Positions 52,977-62,327 of a stretch of DNA of 64,000 bases are shown one piece after another. The DNA is from Bryobacterales bacterium. GTDB lineage: Bacteria; Acidobacteriota; Terriglobia; Bryobacterales; Bryobacteraceae. The notes below the pieces were generated by a model. That model saw only the letters and a program-made list of their open reading frames with translations. It ran no database searches and was not told the DNA's origin. A program made the position numbers and the translations under genes. Within the stretch, counting starts at the first letter, position 1; every line of letters begins with the position of its first letter. The stretch lies in the NCBI GenBank assembly GCA_963820405.1, contig CAWFZZ010000013.1, forward strand, positions 10,510 through 74,509. Reading direction: 5' to 3'.

Positions 52977-53948
52977 TTAGGGCTTGCGGCTTGGGGGCTG
53001 GCGGCTGGCGTAGTAGCCGGCACGAGTTTCCACCTGGAGGCCGGGCTGTTTCGCGGCCAAGTGGATCTTACGATAGCCTAGGGCGTCATCGCGGTTATCC
53101 GACATGTAACCGAGGCTGTATTGGTTGCGCAACTCCTCTTCAAGTTGGGTGTATGCGGCCACGATCGGATTGGCGCTGGAGACTTCGAAAAAAGCGCCTC
53201 CGGTTTCCTGCGAAATGCGCTGGAGAACCTTCTTGCCGGCCGCGCTGGCATAAGCGCCATCGTAGGCTTGGCGGTCGGTAAAGAGGATGGAATAGACCAG
53301 CGAGTCGGCGCGCTTAGCGGATTCCATGGCGCGGGATAAACCGACTTGGCTGCCGTTGTCGACGCCGTCTGTTATCAAAATGAGCGCCTTTCGCCCGGAC
53401 TGCTTTTGCATAACCTCCTCGGCTGCGAGCAATACCGCATCGTAAAGCGTGGTTCCGCCCAGCGCCCAACGGCCGACATCGGGGGAGCCGCGTTTGTGAG
53501 GTGGGCGTTGGGGAGTCTGAAGCCGTGCCAGTGCCTGGTCGAGTTGCTCGCGCGAGGACGTTAGATCCTGCAGCAGCTCTACTTCGCGATCGAAGTGAAT
53601 GACGAATGCACGATCCTTGTCGGGGCGGAGCACCTGACTGAGGAAACGATAGCTGGCGGAGCGTTCTTCGGCGAGGACACGGCGCTGGCTGAGGCTGGTG
53701 TCGATAAGAAGGCCGAGCGTGAGGGGCAGGCCGGATTCTTTTGAAAAATAGCGGATGGTTTGCGGGCGTCCGTCTTCTTCCAACGTGAAATCATCCTGGC
53801 CTAGGTTGGGAACGACGTGGCCCTGGCCATCGCGAACCGTGGCGAAGAGGTTGACGACGCGGACGTCGGTGGAGAAAGTAGTAGCGTCCTGGCCGGAAGC
53901 TGCCGTTGCAAGTAACATTAATGGAAACAATCGTTTAGATGCGAGCAT
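52977..53948 (-). CDS. VWA domain protein (acidobacterial VWFA-related type)
   Basis: ORF trimmed to MLASKRLFPLMLLATAASG (ATG 53946-53948). VVNLFATVRDGQGHVVPNLGQDDFTLEEDGRPQTI and LLIDTSLSQ (MIDAS-like). Confidence 0.7.
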   Translation of the reverse strand: MLASKRLFPLMLLATAASGQDATTFSTDVRVVNLFATVRDGQGHVVPNLGQDDFTLEEDGRPQTIRYFSKESGLPLTLGLLIDTSLSQRRVLAEERSASYRFLSQVLRPDKDRAFVIHFDREVELLQDLTSSREQLDQALARLQTPQRPPHKRGSPDVGRWALGGTTLYDAVLLAAEEVMQKQSGRKALILITDGVDNGSQVGLSRAMESAKRADSLVYSILFTDRQAYDGAYASAAGKKVLQRISQETGGAFFEVSSANPIVAAYTQLEEELRNQYSLGYMSDNRDDALGYRKIHLAAKQPGLQVETRAGYYASRQPPSRKP

Positions 53949-53949
53949 C

Positions 53950-54774
53950 TCAAGTGTTTTCGTACAGGCTCGGCTCGCCTTCCGGACGGGTTTTCCAGCG
54001 GCGATGAATCCACAGCCACTGACCGGGATGCTCGCGGATGACGCCTTCCAGCACCGCGTGCAGGCGGCGGGTGTCGTCCAGAGGGTCGCCAGATATCTCA
54101 AGTGGAGGATGAAATTTGAGGATGTACTTTCCTTCCTCCTCAGACCATATGGCAAAGCCTGGGATGACTGCCGCGCCCGTGCGGGCGGCGATTTTCGCAA
54201 AGGCCGTGTTGGCGCATGCCGGGGTGCCAAAGAAGTCGACAAAAACGCCCTCCTGCAACGAAGTGTTCTGATCGATTAGAATCCCCACCGCCTCGTTTTG
54301 ATGCAGGGCGCGCAGGACAGCTCGCGCGCCCTCCCATTTGACGATGAGATGGTTGCCGGAAAGCTGGCGTCGATCTTCCACCAATCGATCGATGCCGGGG
54401 TTATCCAGCGGGCGGATCATGATGTGCATCGGCTCCGTCATGAGCGCGTGGGCGAAGGCGCTGAGTTCCCAGTTGCCGAAGTGCGCGGTGGCGAAGAGGA
54501 TGCCTCGGCCGGCTTTCTTGGCTTCGAGATAGTGCTCCAAGCCTTCGTAACGGATCCAGTTATGAATGTTTTGGCGATTAAATTGCGGGAAACGCGCGAA
54601 GATCCAGAGCAGGCGTGCGATAGACCGAAAAACTTCGTCGGTGATGGCGTGGCGCTCGGCCTGGGATTTCTCCGGGTAAGCCAGTTCCAGGTTGCGCATC
54701 GCGGTGCGGCGCAGGCGAGGGATCGCGAGATCGAGAAAGGCTGGCATAGAAGCGGGCCAGCCAGAGTGGCGCAT
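53950..54774 (-). CDS. lysophospholipid/lipid A (LpxL/HtrB-like) acyltransferase
   Basis: NLELAYPEKS, ATAHFGNWE (HX4E/D-type) and ILIDQN. The N-terminus looks short. A hydrophobic N-terminal-like segment (LWSLSHAPLWLARFYA) lies in another frame just upstream, so another indel is possible (low confidence). Confidence 0.65.
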   Translation of the reverse strand: MRHSGWPASMPAFLDLAIPRLRRTAMRNLELAYPEKSQAERHAITDEVFRSIARLLWIFARFPQFNRQNIHNWIRYEGLEHYLEAKKAGRGILFATAHFGNWELSAFAHALMTEPMHIMIRPLDNPGIDRLVEDRRQLSGNHLIVKWEGARAVLRALHQNEAVGILIDQNTSLQEGVFVDFFGTPACANTAFAKIAARTGAAVIPGFAIWSEEEGKYILKFHPPLEISGDPLDDTRRLHAVLEGVIREHPGQWLWIHRRWKTRPEGEPSLYENT

Positions 54775-54812
54775 GCGACAGCGACCAGAGCACGGATCGC
54801 CGCTAGCCGCTA

Positions 54813-55915
<1,103 letters not shown>

Positions 55916-55923
<8 letters not shown>

Positions 55924-57079
55924 TGGTATACGTCGGCGAAAGCTTGCGCAACTGCGCGACCGAGCCGGCCACGGCTTCGATCAGCGCGTCCACTTGCTCT
56001 TCATTATTCAAAGCCCCAAGAGAAAAGCGCAAGCTGGCGCGGGCGCGTTCGGGCGGAAGACCCATGGCGAGCAAAACGTGCGATGGCTCGACGGCGCCGC
56101 TGGAACAGGCCGAGCCGCTCGACACCGCGAATCCTTTGAGGTCGAGCGAGATGACCAGTGCCTCGCCCTCCAGGCCGTCGAAATAGATGTTGGTGGTGTT
56201 GGGGGTGCGCGCGACGCCCCCTCCATTCACGCCCGCGTCCGGAACATTCGCCAGGATTCCTGTTTCCAAGCGATTGCGCAGCTCATTTAAACGAGAGGTT
56301 TCAATTGGGAGTGTTTCGCGGGCCATGGCGGCCGCCTTCCCCATCGCGACCGCGCTCGGAACGTTTTCGGTACCGGGCCGGCGTTCGCGCTCGTGCTTGC
56401 CTCCGAACTGGATGGGACGCAGCTTCGTACCAGCTTTCACAAACAACGCACCGATCCCCTTGGGCGCATAAAACTTGTGGCCGCTGATGGAGTAAAAATC
56501 CACGCCAAGAGCCTGGACATCGACGGGGATCTTGCCCGCCGCCTGTACACCGTCGGAATGCATGAGCGCCCCGGCCTGGTGGGTTATGGCGGCGATCTCG
56601 GCAATCGGCTGGATGGCGCCGGTTTCGTTGTTGGCGTGCATCACGCTGACCAGCACCGTTTCCGGCCGGATGGCACGGCGAATGTCGTCCGGGTGAACCA
56701 CGCCAGTGGGGCCTGGGTGGACATAGGTGACCGGCACACCTGAGCGCTCCAGCTCCCGGCAAGGATTCAGGACGGCGGGATGCTCGATCGCGGTGGTAAT
56801 GACGTGTTTTTGAGGCGCGGGGTTGGCCAGGACGGAGCCGAAGATGGCGAGGTTGTCGGCCTCGGTCCCACCGCTGGTAAACACCAGTTCCTTGGGCTCG
56901 CAGCCGAGCAAAGCGGCCACTTCCCGGCGCGCCATCTCCAGTTGCTGCTTGGCTATCTGGCCATCCTGATGGATGCTGGAGGCATTGCCTGGTACCTCAA
57001 GTAGAGCTGTAACCAGTACTTCTAGTACTGAGTGAGATACCGGCGTGGTCGCGTTGTGGTCAAAGTAGAAACGGGGCAC
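55916..57079 (-). CDS. cysteine desulfurase (NifS/IscS class)
   Basis: SGHKFYAPKGIGALF (PLP lysine) and SSGSACSSG (active-site Cys loop). Overlaps the mnmA start by 8 nt. Confidence 0.85.
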
Positions 57080-57124
57080 TTCAATTACCAGTTTAACAGT
57101 GACATCTGCTGGGAAAGATAGCGA

Positions 57125-57886
57125 TTATCGCATTTCCAGATGTTTCAGCCGGGTGTCGATCACCTCTTCGACCCGGCGCAAATAGGACTGCCACATTTCT
57201 CGTATGTCGGCAAAGCGAGCGTCCATGTGTCCCCGAAGATCGTTCAGCCGGGAATTGCTGATCAGAATCCCGCCCAGCACCGCCAGTGTGGGTACACCCA
57301 CTGTGAGTGCCGTTTGAATGGAGGCATCAGCCATTTGGTCTAAGTTTAGCTGACTTCGGCTTCGTGGGGAGAGCTTCCGTGAGCCATGCGAGGCCAAGGA
57401 CGCCTGCTGACATACCGAGCGGCCAGTAAGTTCGGCTCGGTCAACATCGCCCAAGTGAGCCCTATCACCGCGAGCACCAGACACAAGCCTTCTAGAGTTG
57501 ATCGTGGCAACGTGGTCGCGTAGCGCAGAGTCAAAAAAGATAAGTGAAGCCAACAAACCGAGCAGCTCTAAAACCAGCGTCCGGTTTGTCGCCATGTGCG
57601 GAACAGGGACGGTAACACCGAAGATAAGGGCCAGTACAGCCTTCGTGGCGGCGATGAGACTGGCTGCGGAGAGATAGCCCGCCCAGCGGCGGACCGTTAG
57701 GAAGAGGACGGCCCCAGTGCAAGAAACGACTACGATGCCCAAAGCTCTGAAGAGCATCGAATCGTTTTCACGCCGGCCTAGTATCAAATGGCGATCCCGG
57801 CTAGCAGAACCAAGAACGAAACCGCCAGAATGGCGAGCCCGGATCGCTTGTAGATCATAAGATTTCGCTGTCTGGCAGTGCGGCAC
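57125..57886 (-). CDS. hypothetical membrane protein (may be two genes or start further in)
   Basis: Hydrophobic segments (LGIVVVSCTGAVLFL, AVLALIFGV, GVPTLAVLGGILI). AT-richer than the surroundings. No family recognised. Confidence 0.3.
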   Translation of the reverse strand: MPHCQTAKSYDLQAIRARHSGGFVLGSASRDRHLILGRRENDSMLFRALGIVVVSCTGAVLFLTVRRWAGYLSAASLIAATKAVLALIFGVTVPVPHMATNRTLVLELLGLLASLIFFDSALRDHVATINSRRLVSGARGDRAHLGDVDRAELTGRSVCQQASLASHGSRKLSPRSRSQLNLDQMADASIQTALTVGVPTLAVLGGILISNSRLNDLRGHMDARFADIREMWQSYLRRVEEVIDTRLKHLEMR

Positions 57887-57981
57887 ATGGAACTAACATT
57901 TAATACCAAGTTCGCGCTGGGCGTTGCCCTGTAGACACATCAAACTGAAACCGGCGACTATAATGGCACGTAGGAAACAAC

Positions 57982-58953
57982 ATGGGAACAAATTTGGCGT
58001 TCCGCGCGGGCATCCTGCTTCTGGCCGGTGTGGCCGCGGCTGCGGCGCAGAGCTACCACGCCACCATCGTTACCGAAGATGGCTCGCCTCTTCCGACTTC
58101 GCCGCAAATCATTCCTTCTCTTTCCGACCGGCTGGTGCAAGAATGCGTGATCACGAATATTTTCGGCAATGGCAGCGTGCAATACTTGGTGAACTGGCGC
58201 TCCCGGCCGTATGATCCGTCTACCGCCGATGCGTGCGATGTCGGCATCCGATTAAAAGGTTATCAGCCAACCCAAGTCACCTTGCGGAATGACGCGACGA
58301 TTGTGCTGAAGCGAGTGGGACTGCACGAAGGCTCGACGGTTTCCGCGACCGCGCTGAATGCGCCTGAACCGGCCAGGAAGGCCTACGGGAAAGGCGTGAA
58401 TGCGATGACGGACGAAAAATGGCCCGCCGCGCAAAAGAATTTCGAGAAGGCGGTGGAAATCGATCCGGATTACGCTCAGGCGTGGAGCGATCTGGGCGAG
58501 GTTCTCGCGAGACAATCGAAACCAACGGAAGCCCGCGCCGCGTGGGAAAAGGCTGTGCAGTCCGATCCAAAGTACATCAAGCCTTACATCCAGCTGGCCA
58601 GGCTGGATATGGTAGAAAAACATCCAGAGGAGGCGATCACGATTGCCGGTAAGGCAGTGGCTATGAATCCTCTGGAGTTTCCCGAGCTTTACTTCGTTTA
58701 CGCCGCGGCAAATTACAATCAGAAGCACTTAGATGTAGCCGAGGTGAATGCGCGCCGTGCCACGGAACTCGATAAAAACCACGAAGTTCCGCGCGCGGAG
58801 CTATTACTGGGATCGGTTCTGATCGCAAGAGGCGATCGGAATGGCGCTTTGCAGCATTTCAGAAAGTACCTGGAGATTGTGCCGAAAGCGCGGGATGCCG
58901 ATCAAGTGAAGCGAGCCATCGCCCAGCTGGAAGCCCCCGGCGACGCGAAGTAG
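57982..58953 (+). CDS. TPR-repeat protein, secreted
   Basis: Signal peptide. WPAAQKNFEKAVEIDPDYAQAWSDLGEVL and AAWEKAVQSDPKY TPR units. Confidence 0.7.
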   Translation: MGTNLAFRAGILLLAGVAAAAAQSYHATIVTEDGSPLPTSPQIIPSLSDRLVQECVITNIFGNGSVQYLVNWRSRPYDPSTADACDVGIRLKGYQPTQVTLRNDATIVLKRVGLHEGSTVSATALNAPEPARKAYGKGVNAMTDEKWPAAQKNFEKAVEIDPDYAQAWSDLGEVLARQSKPTEARAAWEKAVQSDPKYIKPYIQLARLDMVEKHPEEAITIAGKAVAMNPLEFPELYFVYAAANYNQKHLDVAEVNARRATELDKNHEVPRAELLLGSVLIARGDRNGALQHFRKYLEIVPKARDADQVKRAIAQLEAPGDAK

Positions 58954-58960
58954 GCGCTGG

Positions 58961-59025
58961 TACACGCGGCTTTTAGCCGCGTTGGTATTGTCAACGGCGG
59001 AACGCGGCTGAAGGCACGTCTACCC
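58961..59025. repeat. REP-B hairpin repeat, two inverted copies
   Basis: tacacgcggcttttagccgcgttgg (58961-58985) and gaacgcggctgaaggcacgtctaccc (59000-59025). The latter is the reverse complement of the 61882 copy with 2 mismatches. Confidence 0.7.
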
Positions 59026-59045
59026 TTAGCACACTACACTAGCCT

Positions 59046-59897
59046 CTATTTGCCCTCGACTTCGTTCATCACGCCCGCCGCCTGAATGGTGGTGTGATAG
59101 CTCTCCATCATCATCCAGAGGCCGTCTTTATTGGGCGCAAATACGCGGCTGGACCAATACGGCTTGCCGTTATAAGTGGGCTGGCACATGATGGCGACCA
59201 CGGCGGTTCCAAGATCCCACATGCGGGCAAAGAGCAGCGGGGAGGCGGCCACCTTGGGAGCATTGGGGTCGCGCTTACTGATTCCGTTCCACCGATCCAT
59301 CTTGGTTGCCACGCCATAGGAACCGACCACCACCTGGTCGTCGCCGATGTGCATTCTCCAATGTTCAGGCGTGCCGTCTTCCTGTTCCATCCAGCCTTTG
59401 ATCGCGGCCTTTTCGTTGGCGGTTACGGGTACGTACGGCATCACCTGGCATGGATTGACGCACGGGACGCCGTAAGGAGAGCGCCCGTCGGGATTCTCCG
59501 ACTTGGGACGGGTGGCGATCTCGGAGTTGTGCAGCAGCTTCCAGCCGGTGGGCCGCTCGACCCAGAAGTGAGCAGCGTACTTGTTGCCTTGGTTCTCCTG
59601 GATCCAAACCACTTTGCCGTATTTATGTTCGACGATCTTCACGTCAGCGCCGCTCGGAACCAGTGGCTTTAGTCCCAGCGCGAGGGCATCGTCTTTGGCG
59701 TAGTAAACGCCATCGGTGTCGATCCAGGTAAAGTCCGGGTCGAGGTACTTCTTGACCGTGGCGATGTCGCCCTTTTCGTAAGCTTGAACGAAAGCCTTGT
59801 CGGTGGCCGCCACGGGGTCTGCACCGCCGGTGGGTGGCGCGGTCAGGGCGGGTATGGCGGTCAGGCCAAAAGCCAAAATGTAGTACATTTTTTTCAT
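59046..59897 (-). CDS. exported protein with two NTF2-like (DUF4440-type) halves
   Basis: Start at MKKMYYILAFGLTAIPALTA. ATDKAFVQAYEKGDIATVKKYLDPDFTWIDTDG. Confidence 0.5.
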   Translation of the reverse strand: MKKMYYILAFGLTAIPALTAPPTGGADPVAATDKAFVQAYEKGDIATVKKYLDPDFTWIDTDGVYYAKDDALALGLKPLVPSGADVKIVEHKYGKVVWIQENQGNKYAAHFWVERPTGWKLLHNSEIATRPKSENPDGRSPYGVPCVNPCQVMPYVPVTANEKAAIKGWMEQEDGTPEHWRMHIGDDQVVVGSYGVATKMDRWNGISKRDPNAPKVAASPLLFARMWDLGTAVVAIMCQPTYNGKPYWSSRVFAPNKDGLWMMMESYHTTIQAAGVMNEVEGK

Positions 59898-59921
59898 AAT
59901 CTCTCCTATTATTTTCTGGAC

Positions 59922-59965
59922 GTTCACACGAGTGTGAACGCGGCACGCATGAGTGCGTGCGCGAC
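59922..59965 (+). repeat. REP-A repeat, copy 10
   Basis: gttcacacgagtgtgaacgcggcacgcatgagtgcgtgcgcgac. Confidence 0.9.
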
Positions 59966-59971
59966 AACATG

Positions 59972-61798
59972 TTACTCGGCTGGCGCAAATGCCAGCAATA
60001 CATTTCCGGGGGCGCCGCCGAAGCGTCCATATCCGGAGTTCATAAAGACCATTCCATTGACCACCACGGGCCCGGGTCCGTCGATAGCGCCGCCCTTGGC
60101 TGCGACGCCATTGACGGTGGTGAAATCACGCCGCGTGTCGAAATCCCAGAGCACCTTCCCATCTTCGGCTGCGAAGGCTCGCATGTGGCCGTCCATGGAG
60201 CCGGAGAAGACAATGCCGGGTATCGCGGTGAGCGCCGCCGATTGCGCCGGACTGCAGCCGGGCCGCGATCCGCAGGCTTGCGGCGCATCGTACCAGGCCT
60301 TGGTGCCTTCGGCGACGCGCAGCGCCGTGAGTCCACCGCCTTGATCGGCCGAGAGCACGCGGAACCCGTCCTTGGTGAAGAAGTATGCGTCGGAAGCGGC
60401 TGCATAAACGTACTGACCATCGCTGGCCATGCCCCATTGCACACCGCCGATGATGCCGCCTTTGGCGACGCGCTGGGTCCACGCGATTTCGCCTTTGCGA
60501 TTGGGATCGAGCGCGTAAACCATGCCGGACTTTTGTCCCGCGATAAGTAGATCGCGGGCCTGCGGAGTCTTGACCAGGATCGCCGACGAGCCGAAGTCAT
60601 AATCCGGTCCTCGTTGGCCCTCGTCAGGACAATTCGGTCCGTTGACTCCGGCCACGCAGCCTGAATTGAACACATCGCCTGGCGTCACCTGGCGCGACCA
60701 GAGGATGCGGCCAGTGGCGAGATCGAGCCCCAGCACGGCGTCGCTAGTGGTGGTGGCCGGGGCCGAGTAATTGTCGCCGGTGGTGACATAGAGCATGCCA
60801 CGCTTGGGATCAATGGTGGGCGCCGACCAGATACCCGCGCCGGAAGGGCCTTGCCGGATGGTTCCGATGGAAGTCTTGCCGGTTTGGTGCGGCGCGTCGT
60901 TGATGGTGTAGGTCTTCCAGACTTGCGCTCCATCGCGTACGCGCAGCGCGACCAGGCTTCCGCGAAAACTGCAGCAGGGGTATGCGGGGTTGGTGGCGCG
61001 AGACTCCTCCCATGACGCGATGCCCACGTATACATTGCCCATGTAAACCGTCGGCGAGCCGGTGAGCAAGGCGGCTTCGTGGTCCTCAATTCGCTTCTTC
61101 CAGAGCAGCCGGCCGGTCTCGGCTTCGAGCGCATAGAAAGTTCCGGTGAGGTCGCCGAAAAGCACGGCATGTTTGTTGTCGAGCGGGGCAGTGGCGACTG
61201 CTTCGCGCACCGGTGCGCCGGCCTGGTAGGTCCATTCGACGCAGCCGCTGGAGGCCTCGAGCGCGTAAATCATGCCGGCCGCGCTGCCCAGGAAGATGTG
61301 TCCGTCCACCACCGAGGGCTGCGCGTACGCGGAGATGTCGCCTTCCAGTCCGAAGGCCCATTTGAGTTTGAGCTTGCGCACCTGGCTGATGGAGAGCCGG
61401 GCGACGGAGCCGGATTGGAACCGCGCGTTGTCGAGCGTAGGACTCCAACCGTTCCACGAAAACTGCGGAATTTGTTTTAGGCTGATGGTCCGTTCTTTGC
61501 AAAAGGCTTCGGCTTTAGGTCCGGGCTCCGGGCCAGGCACGCCGAGGTAAGTAGCGACGGTCTCGCGCTCTTCGCGGCGCAGCGGATAAGCCACCGTCAT
61601 CATGGCGCCGGAGTTCATAGCGCGGAGGATTCGCAGCGCCGGCATTTTTTGGAGCGAGGCGCGCGGAGGGATACGTGAGCCGGGTTGATCGTGACAAGCG
61701 GCGCAGTGTTGTTTGTAGAGGGCTTCGCCCGAGGGCGCCTGGGCGTGAGCGCTAAACACACAGACGACGACAGCGAACGGAACACGGTTCATCTGCAT
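59972..61798 (-). CDS. cytochrome c - PQQ-like beta-propeller fusion (quinohemoprotein dehydrogenase-like), periplasmic
   Basis: Start set at MQMNRVPFAVVVCVFSAHA, downstream of REP-A copy 11. CAACHD heme motif. Repeated A.(D/E).(T/D)G..LW propeller motifs (YALEAETGRLLW, LGLDLATGRILW, AFAAEDGKVLW). Vicinal Cys pair in AYPCCSFRG. Confidence 0.7.
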   Translation of the reverse strand: MQMNRVPFAVVVCVFSAHAQAPSGEALYKQHCAACHDQPGSRIPPRASLQKMPALRILRAMNSGAMMTVAYPLRREERETVATYLGVPGPEPGPKAEAFCKERTISLKQIPQFSWNGWSPTLDNARFQSGSVARLSISQVRKLKLKWAFGLEGDISAYAQPSVVDGHIFLGSAAGMIYALEASSGCVEWTYQAGAPVREAVATAPLDNKHAVLFGDLTGTFYALEAETGRLLWKKRIEDHEAALLTGSPTVYMGNVYVGIASWEESRATNPAYPCCSFRGSLVALRVRDGAQVWKTYTINDAPHQTGKTSIGTIRQGPSGAGIWSAPTIDPKRGMLYVTTGDNYSAPATTTSDAVLGLDLATGRILWSRQVTPGDVFNSGCVAGVNGPNCPDEGQRGPDYDFGSSAILVKTPQARDLLIAGQKSGMVYALDPNRKGEIAWTQRVAKGGIIGGVQWGMASDGQYVYAAASDAYFFTKDGFRVLSADQGGGLTALRVAEGTKAWYDAPQACGSRPGCSPAQSAALTAIPGIVFSGSMDGHMRAFAAEDGKVLWDFDTRRDFTTVNGVAAKGGAIDGPGPVVVNGMVFMNSGYGRFGGAPGNVLLAFAPAE

Positions 61799-61819
61799 GA
61801 GACTATCACGTAAAAAGGC

Positions 61820-61840
61820 GTTCACGAGTGCGTGCGCCAC
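61820..61840 (+). repeat. REP-A repeat, copy 11, internal-deletion derivative
   Basis: gttcacgagtgcgtgcgccac, which is the consensus with the segment between the two internal CACGAGTG-like stretches removed. Confidence 0.7.
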
Positions 61841-61881
61841 AATGCTAATGTAGTGTTCGCAAAATAACTAGACAGAAATAA

Positions 61882-61907
61882 GGGTAGACGCGGCTTCAGC
61901 CGCGTTC
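61882..61907 (+). repeat. REP-B hairpin repeat
   Basis: gggtagacgcggcttcagccgcgttc (stem acgcggct/agccgcgt). Confidence 0.7.
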
Positions 61908-61958
61908 TAAAGCCGGGTGTACCGTGCCAATCCGGTGAGTGTCTAGTCATTGATTGGA

Positions 61959-62327
61959 CTAGTTGGAAGTATCGATTTTGAGATCCCGGCCGTCTGCCAT
62001 ATGGATCTTGTTGACCCACAGCGAGGGCGTGCCATTCTTGGCGCGATAGCCGGTGATGGCGAGTTCTTCGCCAGGCTGCACGGTAGCTTCGGTCCAGCCT
62101 TTGGGAGCCAAATGGTTCGCGCTGGTCAGCTCGGCTTTCCAGGTTCGGATTTGGCCCTGGTCGTCCTTCACGTCGAGTTCGATCACGCAATGCGGATTGG
62201 TGAAGTGAAAATCCGATACCGTTCCCTTCAACGTGACCTCCGCCGAGGTGTCGAAGGCCGCATATCCATGGTGCGCGCCGGCCGATCCCGGCAGGAGGAG
62301 AAGCAAACTTAAGAGAAAAGTTTTCAT
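61959..62327 (-). CDS. small exported protein, DUF6152-like (mature N-terminus His-His)
   Basis: Start at MKTFLLSLLLLLPGSAGA, followed by HHGYAAFD. ATGA overlap with the upstream QhpA-like gene. Confidence 0.6.
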   Translation of the reverse strand: MKTFLLSLLLLLPGSAGAHHGYAAFDTSAEVTLKGTVSDFHFTNPHCVIELDVKDDQGQIRTWKAELTSANHLAPKGWTEATVQPGEELAITGYRAKNGTPSLWVNKIHMADGRDLKIDTSN

